DNA from: Hydrurus foetidus
Taxonomy: Eukaryota
Assembly: GCA_900617105.1 (NCBI GenBank)
Contig: UYFQ01000196.1
Location: 1-46,143, forward strand
Length of the DNA stretch: 46,143 bases
Direction of reading: 5' to 3'
Shown here: positions 1 through 14,200 of the stretch, piece by piece
Layout of the letters: the number at the start of each line of letters is the position of its first letter
Numbering within the stretch: the first letter of the stretch is position 1
Made by a program: the position numbers and the translations under genes
The notes under the pieces: model-generated
Database searches by the model: none
Told to the model about the DNA's origin: nothing
Seen by the model: the letters and a program-made list of their open reading frames with translations, nothing else

Positions 1-146
1 CTGTGGGATCATAAAATTCTTAAACAGTGTATCTAGCTATTACCTGCAGTGTTGCACCAGCAGCGAAAGCGATTGTACTAACGTGCAACATTTTACAGAT
101 CAAGCTTTTTCTAATTCGCCACTCTCTCAATTCTTTTTCTGTTTAG

Positions 147-2424
<2,278 letters not shown>

Positions 2425-3325
2425 ATTTCCTCACTAATTTTATAGTAACGCCTGATATTTTCGTGGAATCTACAGGTCCAAGATCTTTTTATGAGTACAT
2501 CGCAAAGTGTTCTAATCCAGATTAATCCAGATTTTTTAAATTCTTAAATTTTCGGCATCTTGTATGGCAACATAATGGGCTAGTGTTGAAGATTTCCAAC
2601 GGGATCGGCAGTATGCATGAAATTATTTATTGGACGTATGTAACATCACAAAAACTTTTCACGTTAATCACTTCTACATTTTAATAACTCCAACACTTTG
2701 CACCGGATTTCGTTGCGCTTTTTTCTTTTTCTCATGTGAGTTTTGGGGTCGAAAATTCGTTCAAAACTATTGAAACGGTTCCTGAGATCGCATGCAGTGG
2801 CGGATGTATTCACACAGCTAGATAGCTACTGTATCGTGTGCGGTATATCATACCATGTACACCGGCACCGCTGAGTAGAACATTTGAGATGTCCAGGACT
2901 AGAGATTTCTGTGAATTGACATAACGGATCGTATCATATCGCACAACCGGATAAACTGTGTGGTGCTGTGTATCATTTTTTACATATCATGTTCCTCTTT
3001 ATGTTCCTCTATTCCACGTCAATTTGAAGTGAAGCAGCCTGTTCTCTGTTCAGTGGTAAATAAATGTCGATAAGAAGGATCAAAAATTGTACCACTCATA
3101 GTGGCTAATAATTTTGTTGTTTTCGGTATGTTTGCTATGGCGAAGTATGCTCACATGAGGAGTGTGAAAGATAAAAGATAGTGCAGTCTTCTGGATTTGC
3201 ACTCGCAGGGAACCTGGGCTGAGGACCGACCTTACACGCAAATACGTGGATAGTTACACGGTTTCGGGATTGGATTCATCTCGCCCCTGCTGCTCTGTGC
3301 TCTGTGAGAGAACCTCTTCGACTCC

Positions 3326-4447
3326 ATGATAACTGAAGTTGCAAAGATGCCATCAACTAGGCTGCCGATGATGACGATCTGCAGCTTTCTCTGGATCCTC
3401 TTAGCTGTATTTACTTTAGAAATCAATAGTTTTGCTCTGAAATGGCACCAAAATGCACATTCCATAAGGTGACAGACAGCTTCTACATTCTACAGACACG
3501 CTTTCGAGAGAGCACAACACTTACTAGGTACTAAAATCTTCTCGTAACATTGTAGGAAATCGTTATTGGAGGCTTCGATTAGCGACGACACAGTTTCGAC
3601 AAAAAAAGCTTCCAAACTGAGAAAGGCTCCTAAACCGAAGAATTACTCGGGCGCTTCAAAACTACCCATTCCCACTAGTACAGATACAGCCTCTACGGTC
3701 ACTCCGTCCCCAGCATTGCAAACTGATGAAAAATTAGTCGCCGTAAACGATATCATTTCTGTAGAGGATGTCGAGAGCGGTCCCGTAACAATGGTAATCT
3801 ACGGCGAACCCACACCGTTGTCGCGTCACATGGTTTCTAGGGGACATATGTACAACCCCTCTGCTGGGCTGCAGAAAGAATTCGCCACTGCCTGCGTGGA
3901 GTTTCTTCCAGCATCGCCGCTTACAGGTCCTTTAGAAGCGACTTTGTTCTTCTACTTTAGCCGTCCTAAGAATCATTACGGAACAGGGAAGAATGCGAAT
4001 GTTCTTAAGCCCTTAACAGCTGGCAACTGGCACTGCAAAAGAAAAGGTGATAAGCTTTATCCTACTCGTTTACCTTTTTATTGCCTCCTCAGAATGCGAC
4101 ATAAAATCATGTTCACAAGACGCTTCATCAATTAGTTTTCATAACCTCCGATATTAACGGTTATTCACGGTCCACATTTATCGCAGTGTACCAACACGCT
4201 ATTTGCTCTTTACCTCAATAAAAACATTCAACAATCACTCACACACACTATCCACTTCTTATTTGATGTAGATTTAGATAATTTGGTGAAATTTGTTCTG
4301 GACGCTTTGAACGCCAAAGCATACGAAGACGATTCTCAAATAGCAGTTATCAAATCCGCGAAATTTTATACTGAAGGAGAACCGTATACGAAAGTAGTTT
4401 TACGGAAATTAACAGAGAAAGATTTTGAGGATTTCAAATTTGATTGA
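3326..4447 (+). CDS. rusA: RusA-family crossover-junction endodeoxyribonuclease (Holliday junction resolvase) with a predicted bipartite N-terminal targeting leader. Exons 3326-3468, 3556-4046, 4272-4447
   Basis: Splicing 4046 to 4272 creates HCKRKDLDNLVKFVLDALNAKAYEDDSQIAVIKSAKFY, the RusA DLDNxxK...DAL...DDxQI signature. Upstream are IYGEPTP, PLTGPLEATLFFYFSRPKNH, typical of phage-type RusA. Exon 1 encodes MITEVAKMPSTRLPMMTICSFLWILLAVFTLEINSFALKWHQNAHSIR. Which ATG (3326 or a later in-frame one) is used is uncertain. Confidence 0.88.
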
Positions 4448-5280
4448 AAATATAGGTGTCTATATTTGTGGCAGAACATCTTCTCAGGAAGAATATTCAA
4501 ATCAATTTTAGAAGATTTGTAGATTTGCACAAATTCTAAATACTGAACAAATTGTTTACATTCTCTCCAATATCACTGTGTTCTTTTTTGACAGTCTTAG
4601 GTCTCTTGTTTTAATTGTACTATTTACTCGTAACGTACATCTATTCGGCACAGTATTATTTTCTGTTTTCTTCTCATCAGCTTATTTGGCACGTCGATAT
4701 TATCGACAAGAGAGGCGTACAATATACATGACAAAATAGACGACAAACATGTTGTGCTCTGTGAGAAGCTCGACCTTATGAAATGTAGCTTTTACAACAT
4801 AACCTAAGTAGTGAAGAACCTGAACAGGATAAAAGACGCGTTTTCGGAAGAAAAAAGAGCTTTTTTAAGAGCCACGAAAACGTCTGAAGATAGGAATCAG
4901 CACAAGACGCTAGTCAGTTGTTGTGGTAGGAAAATAAGCAGTTCCGAGTTAGCAATCTTATGGATGCGTCAGCGACATCTTCAGTATTGGAAGGAAGATG
5001 GAAGATTGAGTCAGATTGACAGTGGGCCACGTGTATCGAATCTTTCACAGACTAATGCAGGTCGCATTTGTAATAGAGGGCAATCTGTGTATCATGTCTC
5101 CGTGTCGATTGATGCGTAGGAAGAGATTGGGTGGTCTGTGTGTGCTACTGTGTTAGGAGGAATGCGGATGCATGTTCTTGTTGATGCGTGTGTGTGTGTG
5201 TGTGCGTGTGGCTGCTACTGTAGTGTGTGGGGAGGTATAGATTGTTGTGCTGTTGTGTGTGCTGTCTGGAATCAAGGATC

Positions 5281-8200
5281 TTAGATCCATGTCGCCAGTC
5301 CCACCCACTGTCTGACCGTTACATCAGGGTCAGTCGACAAGGCAATCAGCGCGTCAATCTGTTGGTCCACCGTTAACACCGACTCGCACCCACCGAATGC
5401 AACACTACATTTTAGTGCTGCAGTACTCGTAGGCTGACCTCCACTAATTCCCTTCAGACAAGCCCTTGTTATGATAGCTTTGAGGGCAGGTAGAGATTTT
5501 TCTCTCTTGACCGTTTCATTCAACGCCAAATCTTCTAGAATTATAAGTCCAGGATCCACCCCCTTAAGTTTCCTAACGCAACTTTCGACTTTTCTTTTTG
5601 GTTCTTCGTCTTTTTCATCGCTGTTTCCGATCCAGTCTAGTAGGGGGTCGTTCACATACACTTGCAGCGCGTTTGACAACACTTGCACACCGTCGTCTGA
5701 CCGTAAGTGCGACATAGCACGTACCATGTAATGCCTCAGTAGTACCGTCCCGTCCAAGGGCTGGAGAACTCCGATTAGTTGGGGGGTCAATCTAAACGGA
5801 ATAAATTCAGGCACAGGGACTATGGACTGACCCATTCCGAAGCAATACCCAAAATCGATCTGCACGATACCACCCGTACGCGTGTCCAACAGTAGATTCT
5901 CGAGATGCCTGTCTCCCAGCCCCAATATATATCCGAACAGACTGCTGACAGCTAGGGATTTTGAATATTCCGTTCTGAGCGTTATGAAGGACTCTGGACT
6001 CTCAGCTACGCGAAGTAATCTGCGTCTAATAAAATCATCCGGCAGCAAACTTTTCATTTTTGCGTATACCTCATTGGCACTTTTTTGGCTCGCATCTCTG
6101 ATCATTTTATGGTACTTAGGTGCTTCATGTCCTTTGACCCAATCGTATCTCACTTGAAAAGCTTCTGTCTGTGTGATGTCTTTATCCGCGTTGAAGCTCT
6201 CATTTTTGGAGCAGAATTGCGCATCCTTTGACATCTCTTCTGATACCACTAACTTCACAGGAACGGTGTTGCTCACCCACTCTAATATTCCCACCTGTGA
6301 CGTCATCGGAATCACGATGTACGTACGTGCTTGCAATCGAGAAAATTGAGAAGTGTTGCACTCCTCTTCAAAAGAGGTAGTTTTTGAGGTAGAGGTAGAG
6401 GTAGAGGAGGCGGAAGATACGACCGTATTCATCAATCCGAATAGCAATTCTATTCTCTCATCATTCCTAAGATCCTCTCCTCCTTTCACTAAGAACATCA
6501 CTTCCTTTCCGTCACTGCCAAACATCTTTATTCTTTTTGGTTTCCTCATGGATGACATCACCAGCAATTGGGAGTCAAATCCGACTGGAGAGAATTGGAC
6601 AGAAAAGTGTCCATTATTGCGCGTTGTAAATAGGACAAATTGGACAAAGAAGTGTTCACAGAGGATTATGGCAAGATATCGCTTACACATTCGATGTGTG
6701 ATATAATGTGATACGATGCATTATAATGTATAATGTACGATGTACAATGTACGATATAGTATGCAACAACACGATACAGCAGGCATTCACAAGATGCAAA
6801 ATGTTTGACTGCTCTTCTGCTAATGGATGATGAGTATGTTGAGTGTAGTGGGTGATGTATCGATCATCTAACAGAAGTACACAGGTAGAAAGCAATACCA
6901 TCAACAGAGGAAAATCGCCATAAGATAGAAATAGAAAAAAAACAGAAATTGAGATGAAAATGAAGTACCACATCTGATAATTCAGCAAACGCACAATAAA
7001 ACAAAACACTATCACCGAATAAAACACATCACATCTCAGTTACCTATCATAGCATGGTGCTCTACATTGGGTGCTCTTTGGCCGGACTGGCCGTATTGTC
7101 CCGGTATTTCTATGCGGAAAGTGGCCGGATCGAAATCGTTCAGCCAAGTGGAGAATTCTTTCAAGGGAATCTGTTTGAGTTGTGTGTCGTGTTAGCAAAT
7201 ATGGCGTGTGGTGTGAGGTGCATGTCGGTGACGTATATCGTAGTGATTGATGTGTCACGATATTGAAATGAATAAATTAATATGTAAGTAAATAGATAAA
7301 TAAATAGATAAATAAATAGATAAATAACAGATAAATAAATAGATAAATAAAAAGACAAATAAGTAGATGAATAAATGGATAAATAAATAGATGAATAAAT
7401 AGATAAATAATTAGATAGATAATGAAAAGAAGAAGTATAGAAATAAATCACACGATACAGAAGTGCAAAGAACATAGTATCACAACCTATGAATGACATA
7501 CTAAATAATCAATATAACGTTACCTTTCCACCGGAGAATTTCATTGCATTCTTATCTGCTTGACCCCCTTTGATCAATCTCTTGAAGGCCTCTACATTGA
7601 TCAAGCTGGCACCTCGAACTCCTGCGAGGGAATCCATGTGTGATTTCCATTTTTTGGCACAGCTCAGATTATACCCTCCTATCTTATTCCCAACCTATCG
7701 ATAAATGATAAATAAGATACAGTGTCATGTAACTTTACATTGCACCATGTGAAACAAGAATAAAAAATAATGAATAATAAATAATAAATAGCAAACGACG
7801 TCTTGAATAAGGGTCTGTTCGGTAGAAACGGTGTATTGAAACTCTGCATTTCCGAATGCAGAGTTTCAGGAAAATACAGCGTAAATCAAAATACAGTAAA
7901 AAGTCGAATATGCAAAACTCCGCATTCTGACGGATACAGATTTTCATTCGATGTGTTAAACGCAACGAAATAAATCGAAATATTCTGCATTGCAAAAATA
8001 CAGTGAAATCGGTGAAATGCAGAGTTTTTCTGTGCTGCCGAACGGACCCTACGATATGACATATAACATATAACATTCTCAATGACAATTAACAGTATAG
8101 ATAATGAATAGCATGGTGAGTCACGAGTTACAAATAACACGTCGCACACAAGAGGCTGTACAATTCGATCGTACGCACCTTGGACCAGTTTGCCGTAAGT

Positions 8201-11200
8201 ACGTCATCGTACATTCCCCGATATATCTCAAGAGCCTTCGGTAAATCCGTCCCGACAATTTTCTTGATGGACTTGAGACCGTCATTCCACCTTAGTTCCG
8301 GATGTGTTAGTCCCCCTAGGGATTGGACAAAACAATCCTGTGTGGGGTCATTTAGTAGGGATGAAAGTCCACGATCCCTATTACACAGAGATTTCCCCTG
8401 AGGGCCTAGAAATTCTTTCGTGATATTATACGGATAGTAAATTGCCTTCGGGTACGTACGTGCCACTTTTTCAAGTACGCACACGGCTACCGTACCTTCC
8501 GGTTGATCGAGAGACCCCATTAATTGCGGGGCGAATTTTAAGAATATCCATGCAGGGATGTTCTTTAGGCGTGTTAGGAAAGAATGTTCTGTGTGTGGGA
8601 ACTTTCCTATGAGTGACGTCAGTCGAAGAAGTCTGTCTCTGCAGTACGTATTTTCTAATTCTAATCCTGCAGTCAGTGCTGCTACTGTCTGTTGTGCGAG
8701 TGTCATCAGGTCACTCTCGAAACCACCATTACTCCCGCTGCTATTCTGACTGTTATCACTATTATTCTTATTCTTACTGTTATTCTGAGTGTTATTATAG
8801 CAATCAGCTGTGCGTCTCTCTTCAACTGAGGCTTCCATCAGTCGTAACTGCTGTTCGCAGTGTTGTGCTAGCTTGCCATACGTGTCTCTCCTCATACCAA
8901 TACTTACAGGCACCCACACGTGACCTCTGGAATCGATGGATCCACAGTCCGTGTCTGCCTGGGTAACTGCTAATTGATACGTTTCAAGAGCCTGATTGTT
9001 TTTTTCTTTTATCCACCCCGGACCTTGGAATTCAATTACATCAATTCCACCATTTCCGTTATTTGCACCATTTCCATCTTTTCTGGCGGTTTCATAATTA
9101 GCCCATTTTGCGAGCCATTCTGCCTTCATTAAAAGTAACGGAATCTGATCCAGGATTCCTCCCTCTGTAGGCCTGTCCAATAAATCTAAAGTAGTTCTAA
9201 ATAGTTTATTTGCTTCTTGAGCTGTTTTTGTCGCGACACTTTTTTTGTTCCACGCACATACAATGCTCACTTCATCCAAGGACAGTCTGTCTTTCTTGGT
9301 AGGTAGGAGACGTTTCAGTGCATTGCTCGCTTGAAGCTGAGGCTGCACTACTTGCATGATGCCTTGTTGCACTGCTGCACTTGCGGTTGAAATATGCAGT
9401 CTGCTTAAATGCACCGCGACATCTGATGAGAATTCTGGTTGATTCTTACGTACGTCATTCCTGAGAGCTATCCTTCTCACGCAGATTATTTCGTCCCACA
9501 GCCACGTAGGGTCGGACATACTTGGACGGCTGGTTTCCCATACGGATATCAGACGGTCACGAGATACCGACCCTGTTCCTATTTCTACTCCATGGGATAC
9601 GTCAGTGACAAGTGAGGTGGAGGATGAGGATGAAGAAGAGGAGGAGGAAGAAGCAGAAGTAGAAGAAGAAGAAGAAGCAGAAGAAGAAGAAGAAGAAGAA
9701 GTAGAAGAAGTAGAAGAAGAGAAAGATGAGCGATAATTGGCAGAGTCTTCCAGCTCTACGACACGTTGCAGTCCCCTCAGCAATCCTCTTCTTGCCTCCA
9801 TTGCACACGGATGCATTGTCTGCCATCTCTGACCGAACTGTGCGTACGCCAATTCCGCACATACTCTCACCCTGCTCCACTCCCCCTTAAGGGCGAAACA
9901 CGTTGCGACATCGGCAGGAAAAATTGACATCACAGATTCCTTATTTGACCCAAAGTCTCCTTGCATGATCTGTCCGATAAATTGAGAAAATTCTTCTTTT
10001 TTGTTTTCACCGCTGTGTACTAGAGAACATAAATAACTAGGGAGTAAAAGTTGTTTTTGTCGATGAGAATCAGGGGAAATGTTCATATTTGACATTAAAT
10101 CTTGTATTTCAATGTCGGAATTAGACGGATCCACGGTCTGCATGATGTTTTCAACATTTGAATGTAGTTGATCCCAGTCACATAATTGTTTCAAACAGTC
10201 CATAGACCGATGTCGCCATAACTCCACTTCCTCTACTGAAGGCACTTCTTCGCTTATTTCGATTATTTGACTATTATCTTGTTGAGATAAATTTTCTTTG
10301 TTTATTTCTGTTTTATCCGTTCCGCCTGACACCACACTACCATCATCGTCACCATCATCATTATCACTATCATTATTGTCATCTTTATCACTGTCACTGT
10401 TACTGTTACTGTCATCACTGTCATTCTTAGAGCCTGAAGAGTTCCGGTCCCTTTTATTCTTCCCTTTGTTTTCTAGCTTCTTCTTCTTCTCGTCCCTACC
10501 ATCATAATGAAGACATATGTTGAGATAGCAATCTATGAGTTCGTTGATCTTTCGCACATACGACTTTGCATACTCACATCCACACTCACATTCACCATTG
10601 ATCATGTAACGCGCGTACACCACTGCAGTGACTTACACAGATACCATCAGCAACATTGCTGGAATACCATAAAACCAAATCAAATCAAATCAAATCAAAT
10701 CAAATCAAATCGAATCAAATTAAATCACATCATTTATCAAATACAAAAATAGTACGTCATTAATTACCTTTTACGAGCCACATCAAAAAGCTCCCCATAT
10801 AATTGCACCGCTTTACGGTAGTCCCCGCACACTTCTGCATCAATAGCTTTTCTCGTTTGTTTCGGATACGCACCAACTCTTTCAGCCAATCCTAACAGTA
10901 CGTCACTCTCTCCTAACGCACTGTACAGTCGTGATAAATGACGTAAAACTACTCTTTCATCCCTTGGGGGATGAGAAATAGACACATCTTCAATGTCCAT
11001 TTTCGCACTGCTCTTTCCACTTTTTTTCGTTTTATTTGCCATAATCACATCTTGAGTGCATATATTTATTCTTTCATTAACCACTAATAATTGTTCAAGA
11101 TATCTTATACCTGCATGAAAATGTAGACTCCTCAACGCTGCTTCGGTGATATCTTCCACACTAGAAAAGACAAGGAGGCCCCTACCCGGGGGTATTTTTC

Positions 11201-14200
11201 CTTTATTTTGGGTGGATCGTGGATCTTCAGATTCCAGACATAATAAACTGGACCGTAACATAGTTGCTGCAAAATGAGCATTCTGAGAATTTGACATGCT
11301 GAGCAGTGTAGCGATGTCGCTTCGCATGAGTGTCGCCTGAGGACTGTCGAGTGTAACACTCTGATAGAGGGAGTCAAACAAGGTAGAGAACAAGGTAGAG
11401 GCGGCTCTCGTGTCTCTCAGACACAGTCCTTGTAAAGGTTTTAGTAAATCACTGAGAGGTAGACATATATCCGGCAATTCTCCTTCCTTGTATTTGCGAT
11501 AAACAATTATTTTAGATGCTCTCTTCAGTTTATCTTCCGCTTGTTTGCTAGCCATTCTAGCTGCCACTAAAGAATAATTCGAAGTCGAAGAATTGGACGA
11601 TTTTTTGTACTTTTTGCCCTCTTCAGAATACGAACTTTCGTCACTTTCTGCTGTACTATTACTATTACTTCCCTTATTTTGTGTACTCGAGTCATATGAC
11701 TGAGAGTAAGAGGAAGAAGAGGAAGAAGAAGAGGGTGGTTTTATCCTGTATCTTTTCGGCACGCGTTGTGTGACTGTTGAAAAGTTTCTACGCCTCATAT
11801 AAGAAGGCAGGCCAGAAGGAGGCAACATTCCTAAGAACTGAGATTGGCCCCTATCCCGACCCCCTACTTGCGTACCCATAGTGTTAGAAGTCCCGGGGGT
11901 AAATAAGGACTGTGTAGATAGAGGATTACGAAATTCAAAATCCGCTTTACTTAATCCGGTTTTTGAGATTCCAGAAAAGTTCTGGGTCTGCATCCACGAC
12001 ACTTCTTGTGTGCCTCTTATTTGTCCAATTCTTCGCACTGAATTCTCTGTGGACTGCGTACCGTAGATTCCAGTATTATTGTTGTATTGATCTTGAGATT
12101 GAGAGGATTGTGTTCTTTCCATGGAGAATAAGGGAAGTGAAAAGTCCAAGTTCCGTCCCCCTGTTTTATTTGTGAGATTCAAATCCGTAAAAAGAGAATC
12201 CGTAACTAACTGTCTGGGATGTATGAATTTTGAGTACTCTTCTTTATTTCTTTTACTCATGCTTACGAGTAAGTACGTACTGTACAGCAGCCAGGAGTCC
12301 GTTCTGGTCGGTTCAAACAGCTGAGTCATCAGTGCGTGCAGGCGTACGTACGGATCAGTACTCAATCCGAACTGATCATTGAAGAAATCGAAAACACGTC
12401 TTCTGATGCCTATTCGTCCTTTAGACTTGACCCCCTCCCCTTGACCTGAATCAATATCTACATCCATGGCACCTATGTTCTCTTCCACCTCTCCCTCTCC
12501 TTCTTTCTCTACCTCTTTCTCTGCATCGTCAATTCCCTCGCTGTCCGGGTCTCTCAGTCCCCGAAGGAGGAGTATGCGCAACTGATGACGCACTCTATCA
12601 GCGATACCCGCCCTCCTAGCAGTGACGTCACTGCTTCCGATGACATCACTGTTCCTATCAGCAGTGACGTCATTGGAAGCAGTGACGTCATGAGAAGGGG
12701 TCGGATTTGTGTTGACCCCTACTACCGGATGGGAAGTGCAGAGCACTAGCAGAAAGTCGTACGATGACTCTCGCACCTAATCAAGTATTCGTGGCGGAAT
12801 GTGATAAAATATGCGTGTCTCGATGAATGAGTTGATAAATTTCAATGCGAGATAACGAGGCATAAATCATGAGGCAATTCGATAAGTTCGCAAAAAATGA
12901 TGGACCATAAAATGGAACAAAGAGAAGCAAAAAGTGCAGTGCACGCATGGTGTAGCACAGTGTAGTATAGTATAGAATAGTATAGTATAGTATAGTATAG
13001 TATAGTATAGTATAGTATAGTATAGAATAGTACAGTATAGAATAGTATAGTATAGTATAGTATAGTATAGTATAGTATAGTATAGTATAGTATAGTATAG
13101 TATAGTATAGTATAGTATAGTATAGTATAGTATATAGTATATAGTATAGTATAGTATAGTATAGTATAGTATAGTATAGTATAGTATAGTATAGTATAGT
13201 ATAGTATAGTATAGTATAGTATAGTATAGTATAGTATAGTATAGTATAGTATAGTATAGTATAGTATAGTATAGTATAGTATAGTATAGTATAGTATAGT
13301 ACAGTACAGTACAGTACAGTACAGTACAGTACAGTACAGTACAGTACAGTACAGTACAGTACAGTACAGTACAGTACAGTACAGTACAGTACAGTACAGT
13401 ACAGTACAGTACAGTACAGTACAGTACAGTACAGTACAGTACAGTACAGTACAGTACAGACAACATCAAGGTGGATATTTGAGAGGCACTCCGTAGCGTT
13501 GTTGCTCTCCAAGTTGGTGTTACACTTCCCGTGAAAAGTGTGTCTCAAAAAAATTTCAAATTCGACCCACAACTGTCAAGTAGCCATATAATCACAGGCA
13601 ACAGAACACAGAACACAAGATAAGCAGTACACACAAACCTTCAAGACAGCTTTCTCACTCAGCACTAATGCTAATCCATGACCCCCTTCAGGGCTGACAT
13701 TTAAATCGTCCCCGTTCTGGGGGGTGAAACCCTGGACCAACATTTCCAATAATTCTACATCAAGACTCTTAGCGTGTCTTGTTAATATTTTAATTGTTAA
13801 TAATTGTATCATGGGCAACCGAATTTTTGGAGGTGGTGACGGGTCGGATTTGGAATTACTGTCACCATCGTCATATCTCAAAACTACAGTCGATAAATCT
13901 GCCAATAATCCGGCCAAAAATGGCCGTAAATGATCCACAACACCCATATTACCGGAATTAGCCGGAGAGTTTACGGAAAATATGTCCGTACTGTTGTACA
14001 CTGCCTGTAAGAACTCGTACCTTCCTCTTGCTTTCAGTCTCCGAAAAGAACTCATCATTCTTAGGAACAGTGGTCTCTTCAAGAATTCCGGATAATTCTT
14101 GGAAATGGAACACAGACAAGAAGATATACCGTCAATACCGTCCTTCAAGACGAATTTTGATTCTATTTTCTGTAGAATGGATTGGGGTAGGGTAGCACAG

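Noticed and set aside
3556..4447. RusA as bacterial or phage contamination, or a prophage remnant
   Set aside because: It has two canonical spliceosomal introns and a eukaryotic leader, and sits between spliced nuclear genes with no other phage genes nearby.
3326..6690. RusA beside DNA-PKcs as a DNA-repair gene cluster
   Set aside because: The genes are convergent and predicted to act in different compartments. No shared regulation is visible, so adjacency is probably chance without synteny evidence.
10637..10658. Possible PRKDC micro-exon (NVADGIC) with a GTAAGT donor
   Set aside because: Its end phase does not match the acceptor at ~10495, whereas direct splicing from 10768 to 10495 keeps the frame. 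It stays unresolved without RNA data.
12781..13572. YCTVL/YYTIL ORFs, and similar YPILS, CCVLCV and PSFL ORFs elsewhere
   Set aside because: These are translations of intronic microsatellites.
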